64,000 nucleotides of DNA from the NCBI RefSeq assembly GCF_001949145.1, contig NW_019091358.1, positions 1,240,961-1,304,960 of the forward strand. Reading direction: 5' to 3'. The notes under the pieces were generated by a model. It saw nothing but the letters and a program-made list of their open reading frames with translations, was not told the DNA's origin and made no database searches. This DNA comes from Acanthaster planci (lineage: Eukaryota). Both the position numbers and the translations under genes were made by a program. Shown piece after piece: positions 50,331 through 61,952 of the stretch; position 1 is the first letter of the stretch, and each line of letters begins with the position of its first letter.

Positions 50331-51115
50331 CTGCCGAAAAAATGAAATGTTAACCAGAGGGGAACCCACAGTTCTTTCCTTTGCAAAATAGCATATCCGA
50401 GGCAAAACAGGTTATAGAGTGGTAGATTCTTGAGAAATTATTCTACGACACACACATCTCTGAATTAAGTCACACCCAGTTTAGCCCTGTATCGCATGTG
50501 TTTTCATCTTTTCCAAAGACATTCATCAAGTAGGTAGGAGGTGGGTGGACGGTTGATAGACATTAAATCGAGCAAGGCTCCTGTATATTTACACTGCACT
50601 TTGGGGCTGTTCGATGTGGAAAAACAGACTTGAAAACGTCATGCATGGGCAGAGACTAAAATTCCCATTTTGGACAAGCAATAAGCCTTTTGTGAGTTAA
50701 ATTTGATTAAAATCTAGTACACTGATTTATCTGATTGCACGTAAGCATAACAACTTGAATTCCCTAGACTAAATACATTGTTCTATTAAATACCTCGTGA
50801 TTTGGGGCAAATTTTTGCATAGCCATCTCTGGAATGGACTGGTTCCTTTGTGCCCTTCTTACCATTGAAAAACAGTGTATTGGTGCAATGCGTTTAAAAC
50901 GAGCAAAAGCACGCCAGAATCACACATAATGAAGCAAACTAGGGGACAGAGAGAAACCCCGCCTTTGTGCTGGTCACGGTTATGCTGGTATCTCAGGAAT
51001 TCGTTTCCAGACATGCGGGGGGGGAGTGTGGGTTAAGTAACAATAGGCTGGGGGTGTATAGGGATTGGACTTGTGGGGGGGGACCCCGTTCCATTTCGTG
51101 CCTGGTACAGAATCA

Positions 51116-51770
51116 NNNNNNNNNNNNNNNNNNNNNNNNNNNNNNNNNNNNNNNNNNNNNNNNNNNNNNNNNNNNNNNNNNNNNNNNNNNNNNNNNNNNN
51201 NNNNNNNNNNNNNNNNNNNNNNNNNNNNNNNNNNNNNNNNNNNNNNNNNNNNNNNNNNNNNNNNNNNNNNNNNNNNNNNNNNNNNNNNNNNNNNNNNNNN
51301 NNNNNNNNNNNNNNNNNNNNNNNNNNNNNNNNNNNNNNNNNNNNNNNNNNNNNNNNNNNNNNNNNNNNNNNNNNNNNNNNNNNNNNNNNNNNNNNNNNNN
51401 NNNNNNNNNNNNNNNNNNNNNNNNNNNNNNNNNNNNNNNNNNNNNNNNNNNNNNNNNNNNNNNNNNNNNNNNNNNNNNNNNNNNNNNNNNNNNNNNNNNN
51501 NNNNNNNNNNNNNNNNNNNNNNNNNNNNNNNNNNNNNNNNNNNNNNNNNNNNNNNNNNNNNNNNNNNNNNNNNNNNNNNNNNNNNNNNNNNNNNNNNNNN
51601 NNNNNNNNNNNNNNNNNNNNNNNNNNNNNNNNNNNNNNNNNNNNNNNNNNNNNNNNNNNNNNNNNNNNNNNNNNNNNNNNNNNNNNNNNNNNNNNNNNNN
51701 NNNNNNNNNNNNNNNNNNNNNNNNNNNNNNNNNNNNNNNNNNNNNNNNNNNNNNNNNNNNNNNNNNNNNN
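51116..51770. other. Assembly gap, probably hiding one HHIPL exon
   Basis: Run of N. The expected exon ending ...SFGEDE (phase 2 to phase 1) was not found in the flanking sequence. Confidence 0.9.
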
Positions 51771-52362
51771 AAGCGGGGACCGGGAGGAGATGTCTTGCCC
51801 GGCCATGCAAATTTGAGAATTATCCGACGGGTGTTAACGCTACGGATGTACAGCTGGATAATATATACACACTTGTAAAACCCTAGGTCCATTTAAACAG
51901 CGTGTTTGTGGCTTTAAAAAATTGTTCTTTTTTGAGTGCAACTGAATACATTTTGGTTGTTGGAGTAAATTGTTCCGGAATCTGGGGGTAGAGTGGGGAT
52001 GGGAAAAGGCGGGATAGATGACTTGCCCGGCCATGAAAATTTGAAAAGCGGGGGGGGGGGGAGTACACCATATGACTCCATGTATAGGTCGCTGTTCATG
52101 ATATTGATGTACATTTATAATATTTAAAAGGTGCTTTAAATTCCCTTTTTTTTTAAAGTTATATTGAATGCATTTTAGCTATTGGACGTCTGAAAAATTC
52201 TTCCAAATCCGCTTTGATTTTTTGCTCACCACAAAAAGTGTGTGTGGGGGGGGGAAGGATAACTCAATAGCCCAACACCCCACCTCAAAAATAGGGGGAG
52301 GGGATATTTACCCCAATCCCCGAGATTTCCGCCCATGCCCCATGTTCAGAGACTTTTATTGT

Positions 52363-52533
52363 CACGGGAGTTTCGCAGTAGTGCTCCTACAAGAGTTTGC
52401 AACGCGTTGGCCAATCACAATGGGTGAAATATGTCGATCCAGTGCGCGTTTGGAACGGGTCGACAGATTTGCGCGTTGTGATTGGCCAACGCGTTGCAAA
52501 GTCTTGGAGGCGCACTATCGTGAATCGCACGTA
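52363..52533. mobile_element. ~170-bp palindromic MITE, copy 2 of 3
   Basis: Same family as 37701-37872. Ends about 10 bp from the exon 3 donor. Confidence 0.8.
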
Positions 52534-52542
52534 TTGTCTCAC

Positions 52543-52672
52543 CCGTTGTAGTAATCACCGAAGATGAATTTTCCGTAAAGATTGGGCGATTGGCAACCTC
52601 GGTACACGTAACCTCCAATAACGCATTTGCCCTCCGAGTGCGAATAGACATGGACAGGTTGGACTTCGTTAG
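52543..52672 (-). CDS. HHIPL: HHIP-like gene: exon 3
   Basis: cacag|CT (phase 1), (A)NEVQPVHVYSHSEGKCVIGGYVYRGCQSPNLYGKFIFGDYYN, then GG|gtgaga (phase 2). GGYVYRGC is an HHIP/HHIPL hallmark. Confidence 0.9.
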
Positions 52673-52948
52673 CTGTGAGAAGAATATCCGATCACCAGGA
52701 CATTTCTGTAATGTGCTCCAAACAATTTTCTGTTGTATATTTGCAATGCTTGTGACTGAAACTACGTAAAAAACCAACGTGCCTTAAAATATCGTCCAAC
52801 TTAGATTCAAGAGGTCATGTTAAGAAGTTTTGTGAGAATTCGAACCAAGAGTCCCCCAGCACGGCGCACTTGAAAATATTAATTTTTCCTTAACCCCAGG
52901 TAAATATTGGGTCTTCTCTTCAGGTTGATTGGATCAACTAAACTTCAA

Positions 52949-53121
52949 TACGGGCGATTCACAATAGTGCGCCTCCAAGAGTTTGCAATGCGCTGGCCAA
53001 TCACAACACACGAAAACTGTCAACCCTTTTCCAAACGCGCGTTGGGTCGACAGATTTTGCGCATAGTGATTGGCCAACTCGTTGCAAACTCTTGGTAGTG
53101 CACTATTGTGAATCGGCCGTA
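52949..53121. mobile_element. ~170-bp palindromic MITE, copy 3 of 3
   Basis: TACGGGCGATTCACAATAGTGCGCCTCCAAGAGTTTGCAA...TTGCAAACTCTTGG...CACTATTGTGAATCGGCCGTA. Confidence 0.85.
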
Positions 53122-53535
53122 CTCTGATACTCAGGAAAAACAACGAAGACAAGAATTTGCAGTAGTCAAGTCAACCACATGTCACAGGGCTGGGATAGAC
53201 CACATGCAGCTCTGGTATACACGAATCCGGCGAAAAGAATTAGAAGCCATTACTGCGGGGCCATGCTATTCGTACGGAGGCGATACGCGCCCGCTACATT
53301 CCTCTCCGCTCATGGGATGACCAAGCAGGAATTTCTTATATGTCTATGACAGGGATGGCATCTCCTCGGATTTGTCCATGAGATAGCAAGCAACAGGGAA
53401 TGAATGATTACCAAGGGATGCCTTGGGCACATAGGCAGGAGAAGGATCAAACTCTGTCGAGTGAGGAAAAAACATTGCCACGTTTGGTAGACAAATCTAG
53501 AACTTAGAAGTATGATAATTTTTGACATGACCTAC

Positions 53536-53864
53536 CTAGCCACTGTTCGTTACACTGTTCTTGTTTAAAACAGGCGTAGCCCTCTTTGGCCCGCCAGCCG
53601 TAGTTACCCCCTTTCACGATGATGTTGACCTCCTCATATTGATTCTGACCGACGTCCCCGAAGAAGATCCGTCCCTTGCCCTTTCCGGTCACTCGATCGC
53701 CGTGGTCTATCGAACCTCTCCAACTGTTACGCACTCCGTAAGCGTATATCTCTGGGCGGGTGTCGGCCACCCCTACAAACGGGTTGTCCGGTGGAATGCC
53801 ATAATTTCGGTCACCGCTTGGGTTGTCCACGTCAATTCGGATAATCTTACCAAGAAGAGTGTTC
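53536..53864 (-). CDS. HHIPL: HHIP-like gene: exon 2 (GSDH-type propeller)
   Basis: aag|G (phase 2), NTLLGKIIRIDVD...YGIPPDNPF...PEIYAYGVRN.WR...GDVGQNQYEEVNIIVKGGNYGWRAKEG..C...C..QWL, then G|gtaggt (phase 1). Confidence 0.93.
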
Positions 53865-55374
53865 CTTTGTTTTTAATTAAGGGAGAGAGGAGAGGAGATA
53901 AACGAACCATATACAGGGCCCTCGGGGCCCGCTGATGATTAGACAATAAGTAGGTTACACTGTTGGTAAAATCCCCTAAATCGTACTACCGTATAATCCT
54001 GGAATATCTTTCTTGAAAGAATGCGTATAACAGCGTCAGCAAGTGTGTGAAACAGTTCCACTCAGAATGCTGTAGTTTTAAATAAAACGGCAATTTTTTC
54101 TCCTTTTTCACGCTGGTCGGCCGACCACCGTTAGGAATAGGCCTAAGCATCATCGTGCATATCGAGCACCTGCATATTCTCGTTGTTTCAGTGTCACTGC
54201 CAAGAGTCGACTGCATACTTCATTGCAGGACGTTTTTTTTTTCATGAATCCACAAAGCTACATTGTCGAGGAGGCCATTTAAAACTGCTCTTTTTTAAGG
54301 GAAAGAGAACCTGCCATGCTTGTTCTCCACCCTGACCTCGCGGGGGTTATTCACTTACCGCGAACGCCATGCAATTATTAGATTTTTCGCAAAATGAATT
54401 ACAACTGAAAGATGATCGTTGAAACTGCCTCGCTGTTTTTCTCGGTTTTTCACAAACCAGTTGACTCAACCAAGCATGAAAGAAGTCAGTGGACTGTAAG
54501 TTGCAGTAAATCTCACACACCGTAACCAGCCAATCATGTAAAATTACAACAAAAACCAAAGGTAAAACAGCAACACAGCAATAAACACAGGTAGTCGAAA
54601 TTCGCGTGAGTTTCCATATCAGAATCATTAATCAGTAAATCATGAAAATCGCGTTTTATACAACGTTATGGCCCGTAACCTATTTGTGTTAGAGCACGCC
54701 GGATGAATGGTCTGTGGTTGAAAGTGGTATAAGGCCTAGTCCTATATTATACTCTTCATTGCAATTTTTTCCCTTTTCAATATCGGCAAGCACTTTATGA
54801 AGAAAAACCCCAACGAATAACTACGGAAATTGTATTAAATGTATCCTTTTGTTGGTTACCATATTTTTTTAGAATAGAAATATTAAGAGCTTATATAATT
54901 TCGTTTAAATGGTGCGCGAATTAAACAAAACAATGTAAGCTCTGACTGTAATGAAATGGTGGAAAAATACAGCTCAAGGTCGAGATGATGTATCTAAATA
55001 AAATAAGAGTATGATAATGACGTCATCGAGTGTTTTGTTATTCGATTCTGGTGTTCATTAGGGTCAGGAAACGGGTCAACTTCAACCGCAACTTGCCTTA
55101 AAACATCACATCAACTTGGATTTGCAGTTGTCACCTTTGTCATCTGCAGCGACGTCATCACGTCGTCAAGTGGTATTACGTAGTATTTCAGATTAGTATT
55201 CAAGATAGACATGTTCAAATTCGTGAACCATGCTTTTCCCTGTTTGACTTATTACACAAAGATATTCGAAACTCCAAAAGAAATGCATGTCTGCTCAATT
55301 AGGCCTACTGATGCGTTTACTCGACAAACGGTAATTTTCGAAAGTTAGAAACTTGAACCTTATTTGAGCCTTAC

Positions 55375-56492
55375 CGATTGAGTCCGGCATTCAGTGGATC
55401 GCCTCCTGATCCTCCATCCCCAAAACTTGCATACAAGTAGCCGTCTATTCCAAATAGTAACTGACCTCCGTTGTGGTTTGAATATGGCTGGCCAAACTCA
55501 AGCAAAACCTTTTCCATTGAGGTATCAACTCTATTCATGTCATCGGTCATAACCGTGAATTCGCTTATTCGGATACTCTTGACGCCTGGGCCCAGTGTGT
55601 AGCAAATATATAATTTGGAATTGTCTGTGAAGTTTGGGTGAAATGCTGCACCGAGTAAACCTCGTTCTCCAAGATTTGCCGTCACGTGAACTGAATCCTG
55701 CAAATCCAAGAATGCGGTCTCAAGTTTGGTACCGTTCGTCAAAAACACGTGGATGATCCCTCGCTGCTCTCCGATGAAAAATCGGTGAGTGTTGTCGTTG
55801 GCGTGGACGGCGAAGACAGGTTTCCTCAGGCCGCTGGCAAATTCCTCCAGACACAGACAATTGCTTCGACCAGTACCTGATCTGGCTTCTTCTGCCCACC
55901 GGTTGAGGTCATCGCTGACCAAAACATCGGGGAAACAGTAATCAACATCCAGTATGGCCATCATTTCACAAAATTCAGCGGACGAACTTGTGGCGGCCCG
56001 TCGCAGCGGCTCCTCCTCGGTGATGAAGGGGACAAGTTGGCTGCATGATCGGTGAAACTCGGTACAGTAACCGCTGCAAAGACCGGGCAATTGTCTGGCA
56101 TTACCCCGTGAGCTCTCACCATCATAAATATGAGCTGCGTACGGTGAACACTCCTGACAAAGGATTTCGTTAAGAAAATCACTGCAATTGCTCGACAAGC
56201 TCCCGTGAATGCTGTTATATTCCGAGACGATTCTTTGGAAGTTCTGTTTAATTTCCTGATCCCTCGCACGTGTGCAGCATCCGAATTCAATGTAGAGAGT
56301 GCAGAACTCTGGCTCACTCCCTTGGTCGTGGGTAAATGGTGCGGAAAAGTCGAGGCACTGTGGGTGCGCCTTTGACGCCGGAATTGCTGACATGAAACCC
56401 AGGACAATTATGCCCAGGCATATATATGGCCTAAGGACACGAAAAATGTTATTCCAATCCACAACAACCTTCCACTTTAACTGTCCCTCCAT
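55375..56492 (-). CDS. HHIPL: HHIP-like gene: first coding exon (signal peptide, Cys-rich folate-receptor-like domain, start of propeller)
   Basis: Hydrophobic leader, then HPQCLDF..PF, FGCC, ILCQECSPYAAH.YD, LPGLC..YC, DYCFP, CLCLEE.A.GLR.P, ERGLLG.AFHP, NHNGGQLLFG.DGYLY..FGDGG..GDP. Donor CG|gtaagg (phase 2). Confidence 0.95.
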
Positions 56493-59224
56493 GATGCGAC
56501 TGTCTACCCCTGAACATGCAAGTATAGGCGAATGTGGTGACGCATTGACGTTCTAAACAAAACCGTTTAAAGTTGTATTTTCTCAGAAGTGCATGGCTGC
56601 GTAAACTAAGGCTAGCCGGCAGTACATGCTTAAAGTATGGCAAGCCGGCAGTACAAAATTAAAAGAATAATTCACAAAGTGTTGAAAATCCCACGCAGCC
56701 ATTAGAACGCCGGATAGTGATACACGTACTATTAACTACTAAATAAAAATGCAACCCTATTTAAAATTAATGAGATAAATGTCTACTTTAAACGAATTTG
56801 AAGTAAAATCGAAAACCAACCAAAAGGTGATTTTTTGCGAACTTGAGCCGCCATGCAAGTTGTGTGGGCGAAATGAGTGTGGTCTATTATGCGTAGCCAC
56901 TGATCCATGACAGTAGCTCCGTATACATAGCCAAAAAGTGAACAATAACGCAGTTTGTGGGGGTCAGTTTTCTTTCCGATCCTTCAGACAGTGGTCGAGT
57001 TCGTGCGCCGTATTCTTGACACGGGTTTCTTGTTCTCGCGCTCGAACGGCGGGAACACGACTCAAGAACACTGTTCGCGGAACAGGATCACACACCACCT
57101 CCTCGTCAGGGTTTTACAGGAACACACGGAAAAACTCGTGAGATTTTGATTTTTGAACAGCTGCGAAAAATGGAGAGATGGTTTACAAGGTCAGAGACAA
57201 TAGGAAGTTTTGCAAAATTAACATTAATTATTTTTCACAAGACAGAAGTGAATGTTCCTGTTTGAATAGAAAAGAATTCAGCCCAGTTGTCCAAGCATTA
57301 ACTCTCGAACAGTTTACTACGATATGGACGCCGCCATGTTGCTTGTCACTAGCTACCAGCGATGACCAATCGTACGTTCCCGGCGTTCGAGCGGCCGACC
57401 CAAGAACGACAAATCAAGCTGTTCGTGAACATACGAGAACAAACCGCCCGAACTCGGCCAGTGTGTAATAAAACACCAAAATGTCGTTTCAACCAAATAA
57501 AAGATCATGAAAGTTCACATGAAAAAAATTCCACAATTGTGGGCCCCCCAAAACAATTGAATCATCTTTCACGCAGTCGCACTTTCAAATAAAGACAAGA
57601 AATTTACCCGCGGGTTAAAAGTTCTTGCCCAAATTCAGTCTTTTCTTTCTACACCGACAAATATCGACAGACCCAGTGTATCCATTGGAAGGATGCATAA
57701 TCCAGAAACAACCAAAAACGGAAGCATTTGGCTGCTCTTTATCAAATTATACTAAAAAAAATCCCAGGAGTGGTACATGTATGCCAAACAAAAAACATTA
57801 AGGAATGTTGACGAGATCTTGTGAAAAAAGTTCCCTCTGAGGGAAAGTTTATATTTTTAATAGCGGACGATTTGTGGCTATACGTTTACAAATGCTGACC
57901 ATAATACCTCTTGCACAACCCACAAGAATAAATTATGTTCTTCAGTTTCAAAGGTACAGGTCATCAAGGCACAAGTTATAGTAATGAGAAAATTTGGAGA
58001 TGATCCGTTTCGACTAAAATAAATTTCTTCGTTTGGCACACTGAAGAGGTTAAACTGTGCCGCATAAACGACGGCAACTAGATTTTTTTCCAATGATAAA
58101 CATTAAAATATTTGACGATACAATCGTTTAATCATGATTTAACAAATCCTCATTATGAATTCGTCCCTGTCAAACCGCGCTGCAAAAAATGGCGTCCACC
58201 TTTTGCAGAAGTTAAATCGAACACACACACATTCACACAAATAGCCTAACTCCCTCATTATGTTGTAGTAGAATGTCATTCAGCTTAACAAAAAAAAATA
58301 CCTGTATACCTACACAAACAGCACAACTCATTGCCTATGGTACCGGGGCTAATGTTGTTTACCCATGAACATGAAGTGCAACAGCTTCGAACCAGTCTCT
58401 TTTATTGTCAGTGCTTGATTACAAAACCTGACCTGCCCGTGTAGGCATGAGTAGAGGTTGGGTTGATGAATGAACTGACTCCGCCATCTTGTTCAAATGC
58501 AAAAAGCGGGCAAGCCAGGCCCAATGTCATCTTCTGATTTCGCATATTAGACAACATTTTGATCATCAATAAATTCACTGGGTAGGAACTAGAAATCTGG
58601 AGAATGCAAAAACTGAAGTGGCGTCATCAGTCAATTTGTTATTACTTTTTAATATTGATTATTTTCGTTATGGCATCATATCGCCGTGTATGTCTATATT
58701 TGAAGCAGGTGCGTACGCTCATAGGTAGGGGTGTGCTATAGACATATAAATAATTATAATAATTATGTTGATGTGATCCTATGTCGCTTTTGACAGACCT
58801 ATATTTACTTATTGGTACACGTTATGTTTAAGTGTTCATGTACATTGAAGGTGTATTCTCAACAGGTCAAAAAGTGTGAAGAACAACATGTCAAATTCGG
58901 TTCACATAACAGATATTATTTAAGCCCCCAAACGGGGTTCCTTCACCAAAACCCCGTGACGTCATCGAACTAATGTCAGCTGATCACCTCATGTTTGTCT
59001 CTGAAACAGGCAGGAAGCTCGATGAGCAGGAAGCTCGATGAACCTAAACGACGAAGAGACGGCGCATTTTTTCTAGCAACGGGGTCTTAGTAGGAACCAC
59101 GCTTTGCTTGTTCACAATTGACGATGAAATGCGTTCGTTATGGTCGTGTAGCTACTAGCAAAACTGAACACTTCTGACCAAAATCATCTAATTGCGTGCT
59201 TCTGTTCAAGACAAATACTTTTTA

Positions 59225-60545
59225 TTTCACTTACTTACTTCTTCACTTTCACTTTATTTTCCATATGAAACATTTCATATTGACAATACAGTGCTTTAGT
59301 GGATGGAGACCTCTAAAAAGCATAGCTTGTCGAGTAGAGGCCCCCTTTTATATTTATACATGTATGAAATGTGTCACAGTTACAAAAAACAATTAACCAT
59401 GTAACGAAAAGTTAGTAGGAAGTGCTATGCATACACTTGTTAAATCGTTGATATTGAAATGTAACCCCGTTGAAAGAAAAAAACAGTTATTTACGAGATA
59501 ATTATTCAGTAATTCATTTTTGTATTTACGCTTGAAGCCAGAAAGACCGGCAGAATTTTTTCGAGGAAATGTCCACTGAACTCCAAAGCTTAGGCCCCTC
59601 ATGTTTCAAATTTGCTCCATATATTGTGGTTCGTGCAAATGATCGATGAAATTCATAGTTTTGCCTTGTAAAGTGATTATTGGTTTCTTCAATTTTTTAT
59701 AAATAATGAACAAATAGATTTAGGCCCTAGCTGTAGAGAACAAATATCTTATGTGCAACAATTGTAGAAGAGAGGATCAGTGTGTTGCTGAAAATTAACA
59801 TTGTAAAGAATCCGCATGGCTTTTTTCTGTAATTTAAGGATTCGATTAAGATAACTAATACTACTGTTACCCAAGCAAGAATGCCTTATGAAATGTACGG
59901 TAAATAAGAGAATTATACAAGGTTATTAAATTTTCTGGTGAAAATTGCTTTCAATTTTGAGATAATGCCTATATTTCTGGATATAATTTTGGAGATATAA
60001 CTGATCTGTTTATTCCAGGTTAAGCGGTCATGTATAGTCCTAAGAATCTAGTTGAGTCAGTGTTTGTAATACCGGTATTGTCAATAAAGATTTCATCGGG
60101 TACCTGATGTTGCTTTCTGCTAAATAGCATGTAGCTCGTCTTCTTAACGTTAAGCGATAACTTAGTTGCTCTAATCCAGCTAGATACTTTTTGCATCTCA
60201 CATTTAACTATCGAAAAGTGTTTTCACATGTCATTATGACTAGAAAAGAGATTACTCTCATCAGCAAAAATATTAAAGAAGAACACATCTGAAGATTTAT
60301 CAAAGTCATTGATTTAAATAGAGAATAAGAAAGGGCCCAAGATGGAGCCCTGTGGAACACCGCAAGACATTTTACATCGTGTAGATTCGGTACCGTTGAT
60401 AGCCACAAATTGTTGTCCATCAGATAGGTAGCTCCGAAACCAATCCAAAGCAGTCCCCCTCATTCCATACTATTCTTGTTTTCATATAGAAGAATTTCAT
60501 GATCAACTGTATCAGAGGCCTTCGAAAGATCCAGGAAAATACCTA
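59225..60545 (-). mobile_element. Decayed CR1/L2-type LINE: reverse transcriptase remnant, ORF2 C-terminus and 3' tail
   Basis: The minus strand reads GIFLDLSKA.DTVDH, LDWFRSYLS, CGVPQGSILGP, FAD, WIRA.KLSLNVKKT and GPKLWSS, with stops and frameshifts. The 3' end is shared with 8631-8826. Confidence 0.88.
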
Positions 60546-61849
60546 CTGTTTTAGATGAAGCATCTAAAATGGTTGTTGTTTTCTCAAACTGCTTACTAAA
60601 GTAATCTTGCTTACAGTTACGAAGGACATTGGTAAGTATATTTTTTTAGCGTACATAATCTGAACGATTGGTATCGGTAGGATTTCTGGAGTGACCCATA
60701 CAGTGGAATCTGCTGGTCTCCCATGGGGCCAAGTAATTGTGTATGTATACTGTTCTTTCATTTCGTCGCACATCCACCCCCCCCCCAAAAAAAACAAATG
60801 TTTCAGTCATTTTGCGTTTGTACGTTTAATTTCAAAACGGAAGACGGTAAAAAGCACCACATGTGAGTCTTTTAAAACTTATAGTGATGAAATCAATGCA
60901 TGTATAATCCATATTTGACACAAAGTCCTCAAGTGTAATCAGCTTTAATAGAACTCGACTATTCCACTCCAGATTAATTCATAAGTTTAACTTTACTATC
61001 TATTAGATATGTACATGTCATTTCTCTCTTTTACGACTCGCATACGTATCCCTTTACATGGACCCACTTGCTCATGCATGCAAAAGGCTACGCAATCTCT
61101 CATCCCCTTTTGACGACTTGCATCCTTTTTTGAGGGGGTGCCCACCTTGCATAAACTGCGTGCTCAATTCTTGCATCCTCTCCAACGACTTGCATCCCTT
61201 CTTTCTCAGTATTAAATTCTCGCGTGTCTTTTTAACGACTTGCATTCCTTTTCTCTTGTCCCAACATTGCATACATGTGCTAAATTCACATGGGGGGGCT
61301 ACCTTGCATTGAAATGTACTTTGCACTTTCTCGCATTTATTTATCATTTGTTGCTTGCATCATATGTTTGTTTCAATTTATAAAATATTTTCATACATTT
61401 GCATTTGGAAAGTAATTATTAACACGTGAAATTCTCCCTTTTTTCTTTTGCAAAATATGACTGTCGAAAAATAGACAAATATCTAAAGAGGGAATCTGTT
61501 TGAAATGAATCAGATTTTGACTTTATTTACTGCTCTTGTGCTCTGGATTTTTCTCTTCATTATACACAATCTGCTCTATCTATTACAATCTTTTATCGCA
61601 AGGGCCATTCTACAGAGCAACACCGGTCGACGTGGGTTGTGAAGTTTCTGCTCGAGAGACAATTTCACCGCATTTTGCAGCTCATTCTTCTTAGTGAATG
61701 TGACACAGGTATTCACCCACTGCATTTTTTTAATGTTTAAATTGTTTCTTATCTTAAGATGTGGTCAAACTCCATTTTACTTTTTATGATAACACATGAC
61801 ACGAACATTCTAAACTTGTGTTGAGATTTGAGTAATTATTAACTTTAGT

Positions 61850-61952
61850 GGAATCGAGTCATTTGCTCGCAGTGACTTGAGTCGAGTCGCCTAAAATGAG
61901 ACTCGAGTCGGACTCAAGTGGGGTCAATTATACTCGAGTCACGACAGCTCTG
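61850..61952. repeat. Subterminal GACTCGAGTC repeats, likely the end of a hAT-like MITE
   Basis: Clustered GAGTC/GACTC palindromes ending in CAGCTCTG. Confidence 0.45.

Noticed and set aside
50470..50560. FGKDEN stretch as the missing HHIPL exon
   Set aside because: It lacks the expected Cys pattern and a suitable phase-1 donor, and it runs into a stop.
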